Under the pieces are notes generated by a model. The model was not told the origin of the DNA, did not search any database, and saw only the letters and a program-made list of their open reading frames with translations. A stretch of DNA of 64,000 bases, from positions 245,242-309,241 of the forward strand of contig CAWFOM010000006.1 of assembly GCA_963817385.1 (NCBI GenBank). The letters run 5' to 3'. Made by a program: the position numbers and the translations under genes. The DNA is from an uncultured delta proteobacterium (lineage in GTDB: Bacteria; Desulfobacterota; Syntrophia; Syntrophales; UBA5619). Position 1 is the first letter of the stretch. Each line of letters starts with the position of its first letter. Below are positions 52,064 through 61,237 of the stretch, piece after piece.

Positions 52064-52936
52064 ATGGCGGAAGGAAAAAAGAAGTACCGGTTTTTATTCA
52101 TCCAGCCGTTCGAGTTGTCGACCGGCGGCAAGTTTGCGGACAAGTATCACTCCGCCGAGCTCACAAAGGAGAAGCGTCTCCGGATGGAATACCTCAACAT
52201 CAGGCCGCTTTTGGAGGATGTCGAATGGGATTTCCACGGCGGTCCGAGACCCCCGTACGGCGACTGGGCGGTTGAGACCCGCGAGGAGTTTGCCCACGTA
52301 GCGGCCGCACGGCTGCCGATTGTCCGCGAGGCCTGCGAGAGCGGAAAGTACAACGCCATCGTCCTCTTGGGCGGCGGCGAACCGGGGTTCATGGAAGCCC
52401 GGGAGATCGCCCGCCGCTACGGCATTCCCGTAACGGCCTGCGCCTTCTCCCAGATGCACATCGCCTCCATGCTGGGCAACAAGTTCAGCGTCATCGATTT
52501 TACCGAGACGCACAACATGTTCTATTACGACCTGGTCGTCCGCCATCGCTTTACCGACCGTTGCGCCTCCATCCGGAACATCAACTTCTACCATGCCCGG
52601 CCCGGGCACAAGGACGAGAGCACCATCGATCAGGAGCGGGACAAGGCCCTCCGGGGAGAACCGTCCGAGGCGGTCGAACGGGCCGTCACGGAGGCGGTGG
52701 CCGCGATCGAAGAGGACGGCGCGGAGGTAATCACCTTCGGGTGCTCGGATTGCTTCTGGCTTCAATCGTTTCTCCAGAAGCGACTGAACAATCTGGGGTG
52801 GGAACTGCCCGTCCTGGAGGGGTACAGCTCAGCCATCGCGCTGGCCAAACTGTTTGTCGATCTGGGGGTCGATGCCAGCGGACTCAAGTTTCCGAGCGAA
52901 CGCCCGAAGCAGTGGCGGAGAAAGAAAGTCTTTTAA
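52064..52936 (+). CDS. Asp/Glu/hydantoin racemase family protein
   Basis: YNAIV...EPG...ARE..IPVT, LGNKFSVI, AIEEDGAEVITFGC, PVLEG. Confidence 0.8.
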   Translation: MAEGKKKYRFLFIQPFELSTGGKFADKYHSAELTKEKRLRMEYLNIRPLLEDVEWDFHGGPRPPYGDWAVETREEFAHVAAARLPIVREACESGKYNAIVLLGGGEPGFMEAREIARRYGIPVTACAFSQMHIASMLGNKFSVIDFTETHNMFYYDLVVRHRFTDRCASIRNINFYHARPGHKDESTIDQERDKALRGEPSEAVERAVTEAVAAIEEDGAEVITFGCSDCFWLQSFLQKRLNNLGWELPVLEGYSSAIALAKLFVDLGVDASGLKFPSERPKQWRRKKVF

Positions 52937-52974
52937 ACCCGATAAAACTCCAGACTCCGATCCTTGAGGTGTCC

Positions 52975-53652
52975 ATGATTCCCTGGCAGCTTCTCGACAG
53001 CGCGCAGGTGCCCGGAGAAAACGAAGATCTTCGCCTATACCAGCGCGGCGGAGAGTTCTCGATCCGGGTGGACGGTTCCGAACTCATGAATAGTCGTGTC
53101 CATGGATCGGAGGATGCCATGGCGGAGCTCGCCTGTGCAAGAATCGCCTCCCTCCCCTGTCCCCAGGTCCTGATCGGAGGGTTGGGCATGGGGTACACCC
53201 TGGCCGCGGCACTGAACCGACTCGGCGCCGAAAGCCGGGTGGTGGTGGCCGAACTCGTGCCGGCGGTGGTGGCGTGGAACCGGGGGCCTCTTGCAGCCCT
53301 GGCAGGCCATCCCCTTGATGACGACCGGGTCACGGTTCGAGAAGTCGACGTCGCGCAAATTCTCCAGGCGGAGCATCGGGCCTACGATGCCATCCTGCTG
53401 GACGTGGATAATGGCCCCAGGGGCCTGACCCGGAAGAGCAACGACTGGCTCTACACCCGGACCGGACTGGATGCAGCCTTTACGGCACTGCGGCCCGCGG
53501 GCGTTTTCGCCCTATGGTCGGCAAGCCCCGATCGGGCTTTCGCCCAGCTGCTGCGCAAAGCGGGATTCGAGGTTGACGAGGAACGTGTCCGGGCGCGAGG
53601 TCCCCGCGGGGGAGGATACCACACGATTTGGATCGCCGGGCGCGTTGCCTGA
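52975..53652 (+). CDS. Spermidine-synthase-like methyltransferase fold protein
   Basis: ELMNSRVHGSE, VLIGGLGMGYTL, YDAILLDVDNGP. Confidence 0.85.
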   Translation: MIPWQLLDSAQVPGENEDLRLYQRGGEFSIRVDGSELMNSRVHGSEDAMAELACARIASLPCPQVLIGGLGMGYTLAAALNRLGAESRVVVAELVPAVVAWNRGPLAALAGHPLDDDRVTVREVDVAQILQAEHRAYDAILLDVDNGPRGLTRKSNDWLYTRTGLDAAFTALRPAGVFALWSASPDRAFAQLLRKAGFEVDEERVRARGPRGGGYHTIWIAGRVA

Positions 53653-53676
53653 TCCGAGAATGGTTGATGAGGAACC

Positions 53677-54198
53677 ATGTCCTTACGATTGCCGAAGTCG
53701 GTCGAGTCTGATCCGCGAGGGCCGCAGTTGCTGCGCAACCTGACCACGCACACCCGGCTGCTGTGGCAGGAGAGCGAGATCGGGATACCGGTGGCCAGGA
53801 TGACCCCGGAACTGGCGGAGGCCCTGCGGAACGCATACAGCGCCGGACAGGTGGTGCGCAGCCTGGAGAACGCGGAACGCACGCTTGCCGCAGAGGAGCG
53901 GGGCCTGCAGATGGCGGACCGGCAGATCGGCATGACGCGCGGTGTACGTGTTTCCCGGCTGCTGCTCCTTGCAAATGACGGAGCTGAACGCTTTTATCGG
54001 CAGATAGAGGCGCTGCTGCGTCGTCATGGGCCGCGGGTTCTGGCGGTGCGTCTTGAAATAGATGAACATGGATTAGGTGAGCTGCTTTTCGGACCCCGTC
54101 GCGTCGCCCGCCTGTTGATGTTAGAGCACAAGCAGGCCGTCGGTTCGGTCCTCCTGGCGATGGCCGGTCAATGGGAGGATCCCGGGAGTGCGGGTTGA
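53677..54198 (+). CDS. Hypothetical protein, possibly L7Ae/L30e-like fold
   Basis: A..AGQVVR....L...RLLLLANDG...LGELL pattern; SD GAGG. Confidence 0.55.
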   Translation: MSLRLPKSVESDPRGPQLLRNLTTHTRLLWQESEIGIPVARMTPELAEALRNAYSAGQVVRSLENAERTLAAEERGLQMADRQIGMTRGVRVSRLLLLANDGAERFYRQIEALLRRHGPRVLAVRLEIDEHGLGELLFGPRRVARLLMLEHKQAVGSVLLAMAGQWEDPGSAG

Positions 54199-54327
54199 AC
54201 CCGCTACCCACTTTCCATCATCACCTCATTTTTTTGGTCAATATTCAATTGACTCACAAGATCATTCCCCATACACTCCGACCATGAAAAAGCAATGCCT
54301 TATCAATTCAATCTGAAAAGAGAAAAA

Positions 54328-55251
54328 ATGGTTGTTGAAGAAAGCAAAGACTATCTGGATGTTAAGGCACTCATCATCCTCTTCATTATCACCCTGGTCT
54401 GGGGTTTCAACCATCCCAGTATCAAATACGCCAATCAGGGGATTGCTCCTGTATTCGCTTCAACCTTGCGCTCCATTATCGCTTCGATGTGTGGAGTGAT
54501 CTATTGCCTGTGGAAGAAGGAGAAAATATTTCACACCGACATCAATCTGCTGCACGGAGTTGTGGTTGGCCTCCTCTTTGGTTCGGAATTCGCCTGCTTA
54601 TACTTCGGACTTCTCTACACAGACGCGGCTCGCTCCATCATTTTCATTTACACGAGCCCCTTCATCGTGGCCGTGGGAGCCCACTTTTTTCTGAAGAGGG
54701 ATCGTTTGACGTTTTTAAAGACGCTGGGACTTGTTGTGGCCTTTATGGGGGTTTTACTGGTCTTTCAAGGAAGACCCACCGCGGCAAAACCCACCATGTT
54801 CATCGGGGACATCCTGGAAATCATCGCCGCTTTCTTTTGGGCAGTGACCACCCTCTATATCAAAAGGTTCATGGCAGGGAAGGTCCAGCCGATCCATACG
54901 TTTCTTTATCAACTTGTTTTCTCGATTCCGATCCTTTTCGTTGTGAGCTTCATCCTGGAACCCCGATGGATTATCATGCTGAATCCTTCTATTGTCGGCT
55001 GCATCCTCTTTCAGTCGGTAATCGTTGCCTTCATTACTTACTTTATCTGGTTCAAACTGATCCACGGCTATTCGGTGAGCAGGCTCTCCGCCTTCACCTT
55101 CCTGACACCTATTTTCGGGGTCCTTGCAGGCGTTATCTTTCTTAACGAAGAATTCACCGGCTCTTTAATGACGGGACTTCCTATGGTCTGCGTGGGAATT
55201 TTTCTGGTGAACTGGAAAAGAAAAAACGTTGGCCTTGATACGTTGAAATAA
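54328..55251 (+). CDS. EamA/DMT family transporter
   Basis: ~10 TM; VWGFN, YTSPF, FLTPIFGV. Confidence 0.9.
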   Translation: MVVEESKDYLDVKALIILFIITLVWGFNHPSIKYANQGIAPVFASTLRSIIASMCGVIYCLWKKEKIFHTDINLLHGVVVGLLFGSEFACLYFGLLYTDAARSIIFIYTSPFIVAVGAHFFLKRDRLTFLKTLGLVVAFMGVLLVFQGRPTAAKPTMFIGDILEIIAAFFWAVTTLYIKRFMAGKVQPIHTFLYQLVFSIPILFVVSFILEPRWIIMLNPSIVGCILFQSVIVAFITYFIWFKLIHGYSVSRLSAFTFLTPIFGVLAGVIFLNEEFTGSLMTGLPMVCVGIFLVNWKRKNVGLDTLK

Positions 55252-55469
55252 AGAGTTAAGAGATGATGCTTGAGCAGGAGGGTGCTGGAAGTGTGAACTC
55301 CTTCCTTGTAAGTGAGCGTCAGGTAATTTTGAAAAGAGTGCACCCTTTCGAAGGGTATTCATTATCCGTTATTGACTGAAAGTTTTAGGTTGAATAATTT
55401 CGTTGTCATAGTAGATTTCGAATGCAAATAATGATAATCATAAAGCGATAAAAAACGTTTGAATCAGTT

Positions 55470-55546
55470 CCATCCCGTATATCCATACTGGAGGAAAATA
55501 TGGACTGGCTAACAAAACCCCGTTTCTCATAAAAGAGCGGGGTTTT
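55470..55546 (+). repeat. Structured repeat with terminator-like hairpin (copy A)
   Basis: CCATCCCGTAT...CTGGAGG...AATATGGACTGGCT-ACAA plus hairpin AAAACCCCGTTTCT/AGAGCGGGGTTTT; second copy at 57875. Confidence 0.7.
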
Positions 55547-55623
55547 CCATTACATGCGATGAGGTTATAGTGAATTTTATGCCGATCCGTAATTCGTTTT
55601 AGACAAAGAAAGGAGGTCTGCAG

Positions 55624-56910
55624 ATGGCTGATCGTATTGTACACACTTCCAAAATGGCTTGGGTATTGGACCCGAAAGAACCGATGGCCGGCCTGGTCGC
55701 GGACGGCGGCATTATTGTGGCTCGCGTCTCGCCCGGCTGCTGGGGAGCGATGATTACCCCCGACTATGCGAGCGGGCATGAAGTTACCCACCCCATTGCC
55801 GTCGAAGGGGCCGAAATCGGCGACAGCGTCTGTCTCAAGATTAAAAAGATCAACGTTTTGTCCCTTGCAACGACCTCCGGGACCGATAGCTTTATTGAGG
55901 GGAATTTTATTGGCGACCCCTTCGTTGCCAAGCAGTGTCCCGGTTGCGGTCTGATCAACCCGAAGACTTATCTTGAAGGTATTGGCGAAGATGCCATAAA
56001 ATGCGCGGCCTGTAAAACTTCTGTTAAGCCATTTCACCTGGACAACGGCTATACCATGTTATTTAATGCCGAAAGAACCCTCGGGGTTACTGTTCCGCCA
56101 AAGATGTCAGAAGAGATTGCCCGCCAGTCTCAGCAATTCAGCGCCATTCCCACCGGATCATGCCAGTATTCCTCCAACCTGCTGGCGAAAGGTGATTTGT
56201 GGGGCGTCCTTACCCGCGTTCGCCCCATGGTGGGTAATATCGGGTCCTGCCCATCGGTGTCACTGCCGTCATCGCACAATGCCGGTGATTTTGGCTCTTT
56301 CCTGATCAATGCCCCCCATAAATACGCCCTTACTCCAGAACAACTCTTACAGCGCACCGACGGCCATATGGATATTAATGAGGTCGGCGAAGGGGCCATG
56401 GTTATTGTCCCGGTAAAGGTAGCTCAGGCGGGGATATATGTGGGCGATGTTCACGCCATGATGGGCGACGGCGAAGTCGCTGGCCACACGACAGACGTTT
56501 CCGCAGAAGTCATTATCGAAGTTAACGTTATTAAAGGCCTCACCATTGACGGTCCCATCGTTTTGCCTCTCTGCGAGAATCTGCCCTTGCTGGCCCGACC
56601 TTACACGGACGAGGAAAAGAGTGAAGCGGCGAGATTTTGCCGGAATTACGGCTTCCCGATCGAAACAGATGTGTATCCGGTGCAGGTAGTGGGTTCCGGT
56701 GCGGATCTGAATACTGCTACAGCCAATGGATTAACGAGAATGGCAGCGCTGACGGGGTATTCCACTGCGGAAGTCAAGAATCGCGCTACGATTACGGGAG
56801 ATATTCAAATCGGGAGGTTGCCGGGGGTTGTTCAAGTAACCATGTTGACGCCGGCAAACGTTCTTGAAAAGTTGAATCTGCTCAATCTTTATCAAATGCA
56901 ATACCAATAA
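55624..56910 (+). CDS. Acetamidase/formamidase family protein
   Basis: HEVTHPIAVEGAEIGD, DGHMD, PVKV...YVGDVHAMMGDGE; CxxC...CxxC insert. Confidence 0.88.
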   Translation: MADRIVHTSKMAWVLDPKEPMAGLVADGGIIVARVSPGCWGAMITPDYASGHEVTHPIAVEGAEIGDSVCLKIKKINVLSLATTSGTDSFIEGNFIGDPFVAKQCPGCGLINPKTYLEGIGEDAIKCAACKTSVKPFHLDNGYTMLFNAERTLGVTVPPKMSEEIARQSQQFSAIPTGSCQYSSNLLAKGDLWGVLTRVRPMVGNIGSCPSVSLPSSHNAGDFGSFLINAPHKYALTPEQLLQRTDGHMDINEVGEGAMVIVPVKVAQAGIYVGDVHAMMGDGEVAGHTTDVSAEVIIEVNVIKGLTIDGPIVLPLCENLPLLARPYTDEEKSEAARFCRNYGFPIETDVYPVQVVGSGADLNTATANGLTRMAALTGYSTAEVKNRATITGDIQIGRLPGVVQVTMLTPANVLEKLNLLNLYQMQYQ

Positions 56911-56942
56911 GTTAAACATAATTCAATGAAAGGAGAGGCAAA

Positions 56943-57584
56943 ATGGATCCCAAGACTACGGCAGTTGTTCTGATCGAGTATCAAAATGATTTCACTACCG
57001 AGGGTGGGACGCTCCATGGAGCGGTCAAGGGCGTGATGGAAAGCAACAACATGCTCGCAAACACGGTTGATTTGGTCGCGAAGGTGCGTAAGATCGGGGC
57101 GACTATCGTCTTCACCCCGATTTCCTTCACCGACGATTACCATGAACTGGCGATTCATCCCTACGGCATCCTCAAGGGGGTGGTCGATAGCAAGTCGTTC
57201 CGCAAAGGAACCTGGGGTGCCGAGATCGTGGACGTTCTGAAGCCGCAGCCACAGGACATTATCATCGAGGGCAAGCGCGGCCTGTGTGGTTTTGCCAGCA
57301 CCAACCTGGACTTCATCCTGCGTAGTCGGGGCATCAAGACCGTAGCACTGGGCGGCTTTCTGACCAACTGCTGCGTCGAATCGACCATGCGTACGGCCTA
57401 TGAGAAGGGCTACGACGTAATAACGCTCAAGGATTGCACTGCGACGCTTAGCGAGGAAGAGCAGCGCCTATCGATCGAAAAGAATTATCCGATGTTCTCG
57501 CGGGTGATGACGCACACCGAATTCCTGGAGGTGCTGGCCGGCGAACAAGCGACGGCGGGCTCAGGCAGGGGATACAACCAGTAA
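56943..57584 (+). CDS. Isochorismatase-family cysteine hydrolase
   Basis: LIEYQNDF, GKRGL, LTNCCVESTMR. Confidence 0.9.
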   Translation: MDPKTTAVVLIEYQNDFTTEGGTLHGAVKGVMESNNMLANTVDLVAKVRKIGATIVFTPISFTDDYHELAIHPYGILKGVVDSKSFRKGTWGAEIVDVLKPQPQDIIIEGKRGLCGFASTNLDFILRSRGIKTVALGGFLTNCCVESTMRTAYEKGYDVITLKDCTATLSEEEQRLSIEKNYPMFSRVMTHTEFLEVLAGEQATAGSGRGYNQ

Positions 57585-57874
57585 AGTCAGGAAGAAGGCA
57601 AATTCCGGCGTGGCTTATAGCGGTAGCTAATTCCTTTGCTTGTTTCTGTTTTAGGCACTGCTAGGCAGCCTTATCGAGCATGAGGCAGAGCAGTAGTTCC
57701 TTGTGGGTGCGGCTGGAAGACAGGCAGTGCAAGTCCTCCAGCACCGGCATGAGCAGGTGGGGTGTCGACGTGTGAGCTCCTTCCTCGTTAGGGTCATGAA
57801 TTTAGTTCGCGTACTGGATTTCAGTCGAAAATGGTGATAAAAGTGCGACTAAATAATGTAAGCAGTGTAATGTG

Positions 57875-57951
57875 CCATCCCGTATAATCTGCTGGAGGGA
57901 AATATGGACTGGCTGACAAGGCCCCGTTTTCACAAAATACGGGGTCTTTTT
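57875..57951 (+). repeat. Structured repeat with terminator-like hairpin (copy B)
   Basis: Matches 55470-55546; hairpin AAGGCCCCGTTTT/AAAATACGGGGTCTT followed by TTT. Confidence 0.7.
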
Positions 57952-58139
57952 GCATGTGAAAAAACCACCAGAAACTTTGGACAAATTTACCAGGTTTTAC
58001 GAAGTTCGCATTTACCGCTTATTAACAGATTATACGAAGTAGTGTGCGTGTGTATTTATTCGGAATCATGAATTAATCTCTGATATAAGGAAAATCGTCT
58101 ATGTTGAGATGATATCCAAAATATCGGAAAAAGCGAAGG

Positions 58140-58159
58140 TCGGATATTAATTGTTCGCC
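58140..58159 (+). other. Putative attI-like site (array entry point G|TTCGCC)
   Basis: TCGGATATTAATTGTTCGCC is non-palindromic; its TTCGCC complements R'' GGCGAAC of the first attC. Confidence 0.5.
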
Positions 58160-58171
58160 ACTAGATAAAAA

Positions 58172-58738
58172 ATGAATATAAACAGACTCAGAACGCTTCA
58201 TCAGCAATTTATCACCCCCAATAATGCCGAATGGGTTGAGGTGGTCAATCTGCGAAATAATATTAAGGAAGAATTTGAGAGGCAAGGATATCTTAATGCG
58301 GACACATATGAGACCATTCTTGATTGGAAACTGAGAAGACAGCGCAATCGCACAGAGAAGCACCGAGAGGACAATACTAACGATTTAATCAGGGAACTCA
58401 CTGGAACATTTTGGCGTGTTACTCATCCCAATGCTGCGAAACAGATGGAAATCAAATTAAAAGTCCTCATGGCGATTCCTGGTACCGGGCTTGGTGTTGC
58501 ATCCGCTATTCTCACCCTTAGCACTCCAGCGTCGTTCGCAATCATTGACTTCCGCAATTGGCGAGTTTTATACGATGAGCTTAAAAGAAACTTTACCCTG
58601 TCAGATTACAAAAAATATTTAGAAGCCATAAGGCAATTTGCCGCTCAACTGAACTGTGATGCTCAGGAAGTTGATTATCTCTTATGGAAAGAATATGAAA
58701 AAATCGGCGAACAAATCAATCAAGGCGACGGAGAATAA
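58172..58738 (+). CDS. Cassette 1: hypothetical protein with HhH-like motif (glycosylase-like)
   Basis: LMAIPGTGLGVASAIL...IIDFR...EVDYLLW; ORF ends inside attC1. Confidence 0.65.
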   Translation: MNINRLRTLHQQFITPNNAEWVEVVNLRNNIKEEFERQGYLNADTYETILDWKLRRQRNRTEKHREDNTNDLIRELTGTFWRVTHPNAAKQMEIKLKVLMAIPGTGLGVASAILTLSTPASFAIIDFRNWRVLYDELKRNFTLSDYKKYLEAIRQFAAQLNCDAQEVDYLLWKEYEKIGEQINQGDGE

Positions 58739-58796
58739 CGCTTGTTTGTTTTTCATTCAAGCTGGTTACCCCCGCGCCTTATTGTCGGCGTTCGGT
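58706..58796 (+). repeat. attC1
   Basis: GGCGAAC...CAATCAAGGCG / CGCCTTATTG (extrahelical base)...GTTCGGT. Confidence 0.88.
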
Positions 58797-58872
58797 CGCG
58801 CTGCGCGCGGCCGAACGGCGAGTTGCGCGGGGCGCCTCGCCCGATTAGTCCGACCGCGCGCTGATTCGCGCG

Positions 58873-58960
58873 GCCGAACAAATCGTTCGAGCCCTTCGCC
58901 CTCGGACTCGGCGAGTAAACTCGCCAGCCCGATTGCGAACCGCTCAACTCGCCGTTGGGG
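58873..58960 (+). repeat. attC2 (closes a gene-less cassette)
   Basis: GCCGAAC-AAATC-GTTCGAG...CTCAAC-TCGCC-GTTGGGG. Confidence 0.8.
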
Positions 58961-59072
58961 CCGAATCGGGACGGACCTAATGCATAACAGCGGACAGTCT
59001 AGAGATCTTTATCGCTCCAAACCGATTCGAGGATGAAAAACAGTTGCTAACAATTCTCACCAAAAGGAGGGT

Positions 59073-60050
59073 ATGCAAATGAAAAACCGCATTGTCTGCT
59101 TAATTACGTGCTGCCTACTCATACTTGGCGCGTTGCCCGCAATAGGCTTGGCTCAATCAATGCAATTGGAAAGGCTGAGACTATCTCTATACGTCTACAA
59201 AACCTTAAACTACCCCGATTCATCATCAACATGGGCTTACGGCATAGATGGAAACAACGTCGTAGGATATTATGAGGATGCTAGCGGTAAAGGGCACGGA
59301 TTCCTCTATAACGGCTTCACCTATAAAACACTTGATGTTCCCGACGCAATTATGACAAGCACCGAAGGCGTTAACGGAACCAACATCGTGGGATGGTATG
59401 TGGATAGCAATAGAAAAGTGCATGGCTTCCTCTATAACGGTGCAACTTATCAAACCATCGATGTGCCAGGGGCATTGCATACATACACCACGGGTATTAG
59501 CGGAACCAACATCGTGGGATGGTATGTGGACGCTAGCGAAAACCAGGACGCACATGGGTTCTTCTATAACGGCTCAAGCTACAAAATCCTCGATCCCCCC
59601 GGCTCAACATGGACACGAATTAATGGCATAAGTGGGACTTTAATTGTGGGGTTCTATACAACAGGCGAAGGGTATTCATATGGCTGCATCTATGACATCT
59701 CACCAAATCCATATTTTCCGCCTCCCAACTTTATTAAATCATTACGCTTCCCTGGTTCTGATACTACGCATGCCTACGGCATATATGAAAACGGAATAGT
59801 CGGACAATATATGGATGCCAGCCATGAATTGCATGGCTTCTATTATAACAACGCAACAAGCACGTATACCACCGTCGACAAACCCAATGCACAAAGGACA
59901 TTTCCAATTGGCATATATGGGGGCAAAATAGTGGGAAGCTATACTGATACCGGCACATGGAGTAAATGGTTTGGCTTCATTAGATATCTGAATCCGATTA
60001 TTACTGGTAAACCAATGGGTGTGCTACCCCCATGGCAGCAGATACCCTAA
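59073..60050 (+). CDS. Cassette 3: secreted beta-repeat protein
   Basis: Signal peptide; ~6 repeats of T-GI-G-NIVG-Y-D-HGF-YNG-Y-T-D-PG. Confidence 0.8.
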   Translation: MQMKNRIVCLITCCLLILGALPAIGLAQSMQLERLRLSLYVYKTLNYPDSSSTWAYGIDGNNVVGYYEDASGKGHGFLYNGFTYKTLDVPDAIMTSTEGVNGTNIVGWYVDSNRKVHGFLYNGATYQTIDVPGALHTYTTGISGTNIVGWYVDASENQDAHGFFYNGSSYKILDPPGSTWTRINGISGTLIVGFYTTGEGYSYGCIYDISPNPYFPPPNFIKSLRFPGSDTTHAYGIYENGIVGQYMDASHELHGFYYNNATSTYTTVDKPNAQRTFPIGIYGGKIVGSYTDTGTWSKWFGFIRYLNPIITGKPMGVLPPWQQIP

Positions 60051-60056
60051 ATGAAG

Positions 60057-60124
60057 CCCCAACAAGTCGTTCCACCGGATCGGCGAGAAAAAGCGCTCGC
60101 CTCCCGGCGAACTTCACGTTGGCT
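60057..60124 (+). repeat. attC3
   Basis: CCCCAAC...GTTCCACCGG / CCGGCGAAC...GTTGGCT. Confidence 0.88.
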
Positions 60125-60142
60125 GGAGAGGAAGGTGACAAG

Positions 60143-60565
60143 ATGGTCATGATGCTGAAGATGTCGGCTGAATCAGGGTACCTTCACGTATACGCGACGG
60201 GAAAGTTTTCGCTGGCGGAGGCGAAAAGAACATTTATAGAAATGCTCGAGGCTGTTGCGCGAAATAAGGTTGGGAAGGTACTCTTCGATGGCCGAGGCCT
60301 CACGGGAAGTCCTGAAATCATGGAACGGTTCTACTACGGCACATTTGCGGCCGAGACGGTCGCCCAATTCGGAGCTCGCGGTGTCTCCCTTGCCACAAAG
60401 TTCGCGTACGTTCTGGATGTCCCGATGCGTGACCCCGGGAGGTTCGGCGAAAACGTCGCCCGGAACCGGGGCATGCTTGTCACAACATTCGACAATCTCA
60501 ACGACGCTCTCGAATGGCTCGCAATAGCGCCAGCCAACAAGCCGGATGCAGGCGACGGGAAATAG
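60143..60565 (+). CDS. Cassette 4: SpoIIAA/STAS-like hypothetical protein
   Basis: YLHV-ATG, KVLFD-R, F-ENVARNRG...F-N---ALEWL; ORF ends inside attC4. Confidence 0.7.
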   Translation: MVMMLKMSAESGYLHVYATGKFSLAEAKRTFIEMLEAVARNKVGKVLFDGRGLTGSPEIMERFYYGTFAAETVAQFGARGVSLATKFAYVLDVPMRDPGRFGENVARNRGMLVTTFDNLNDALEWLAIAPANKPDAGDGK

Positions 60566-60590
60566 CCGCGCCTGATCCGCGGCGTTAGAT
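60532..60590 (+). repeat. attC4
   Basis: AGCCAAC...CGGATGCAGGCG / CGCCTGATCCG...GTTAGAT, 59 bp. Confidence 0.9.
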
Positions 60591-60606
60591 TATTAAAGGA
60601 ATAAGT

Positions 60607-61172
60607 ATGCCAACATCTAACACTCTGGTTAAATTGTATAGTGAAGTATCATCATGTTCAAAAAAGTGTGAGTCAATTAATAACGATCCTTCAAAGGAAT
60701 AATAGGGCGGAATGCCTTGCGGAATGGAAATTGAAATGGTAAGTAAAAATCATTGGAACTGAATGTACAAACCATTAAGTTCAATCGAACGAGTCTTAAA
60801 CATGAAGAACATGTGAAAGACGGTTGAAGGCAAAAATTCTTATATAATTCCATGTACCATGCATTTTGGATTGGGTTTCAACTTGGATTTTGCTCCTTCA
60901 GCTGTATTCCTGAATCATGACAGCAATAGTAAAATGCCAGTCAATATCGGACAAAACAAAAAAGCTCCCTCCATCAACAATCTCATTTTGTACTAATCAG
61001 TACTTATTTCGGGAGATAGAAGAAATTAAACCAAAATTTTTGCTTGGGGGAATTGCCTGTTGGAGTTCTATATCATCCTAGTTGGACCAATATGAAAGGT
61101 GGAGTAGAAAACTATAAAAAAGGCAAGCTAATAGAAATTAAAAAAGCATACCAAGAAGCAATAAGAATCTAA
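60607..61172 (+). pseudogene. Cassette 5: decayed AT-rich gene
   Basis: SD AAGGA + ATG at 60607 but early stops; a terminal frame ends at the TAA in attC5. Confidence 0.55.
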
Positions 61173-61228
61173 CCTCGCTGCACCGGATCGGCGCGTCACC
61201 GCGCCTCCCCGTGAGCTCATCGTTAGGC
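61167..61228 (+). repeat. attC5
   Basis: ATCTAAC...GCTGCAC / GTGAGC...GTTAGGC. Confidence 0.85.
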
Positions 61229-61237
61229 ACATAGATT

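Noticed and set aside
57660..57790. Group II intron or IS end remnant
   Set aside because: Only a short GTGCAAGTCC-like word; no domain V, terminal repeats or RT/transposase fragment.
57880..57910. Purine riboswitch (CGTATAATC...AATATGG)
   Set aside because: Lacks the GTTTCTAC junction, P3 stem and correct P2 geometry.
57585..58150. Integron integrase upstream of the array
   Set aside because: No ORF of adequate length and no tyrosine recombinase motifs on either strand.
60607..61172. Cassette 5 as a uracil-DNA glycosylase
   Set aside because: Only a faint resemblance in the N-terminal Cys spacing; too decayed to assign without BLASTX.
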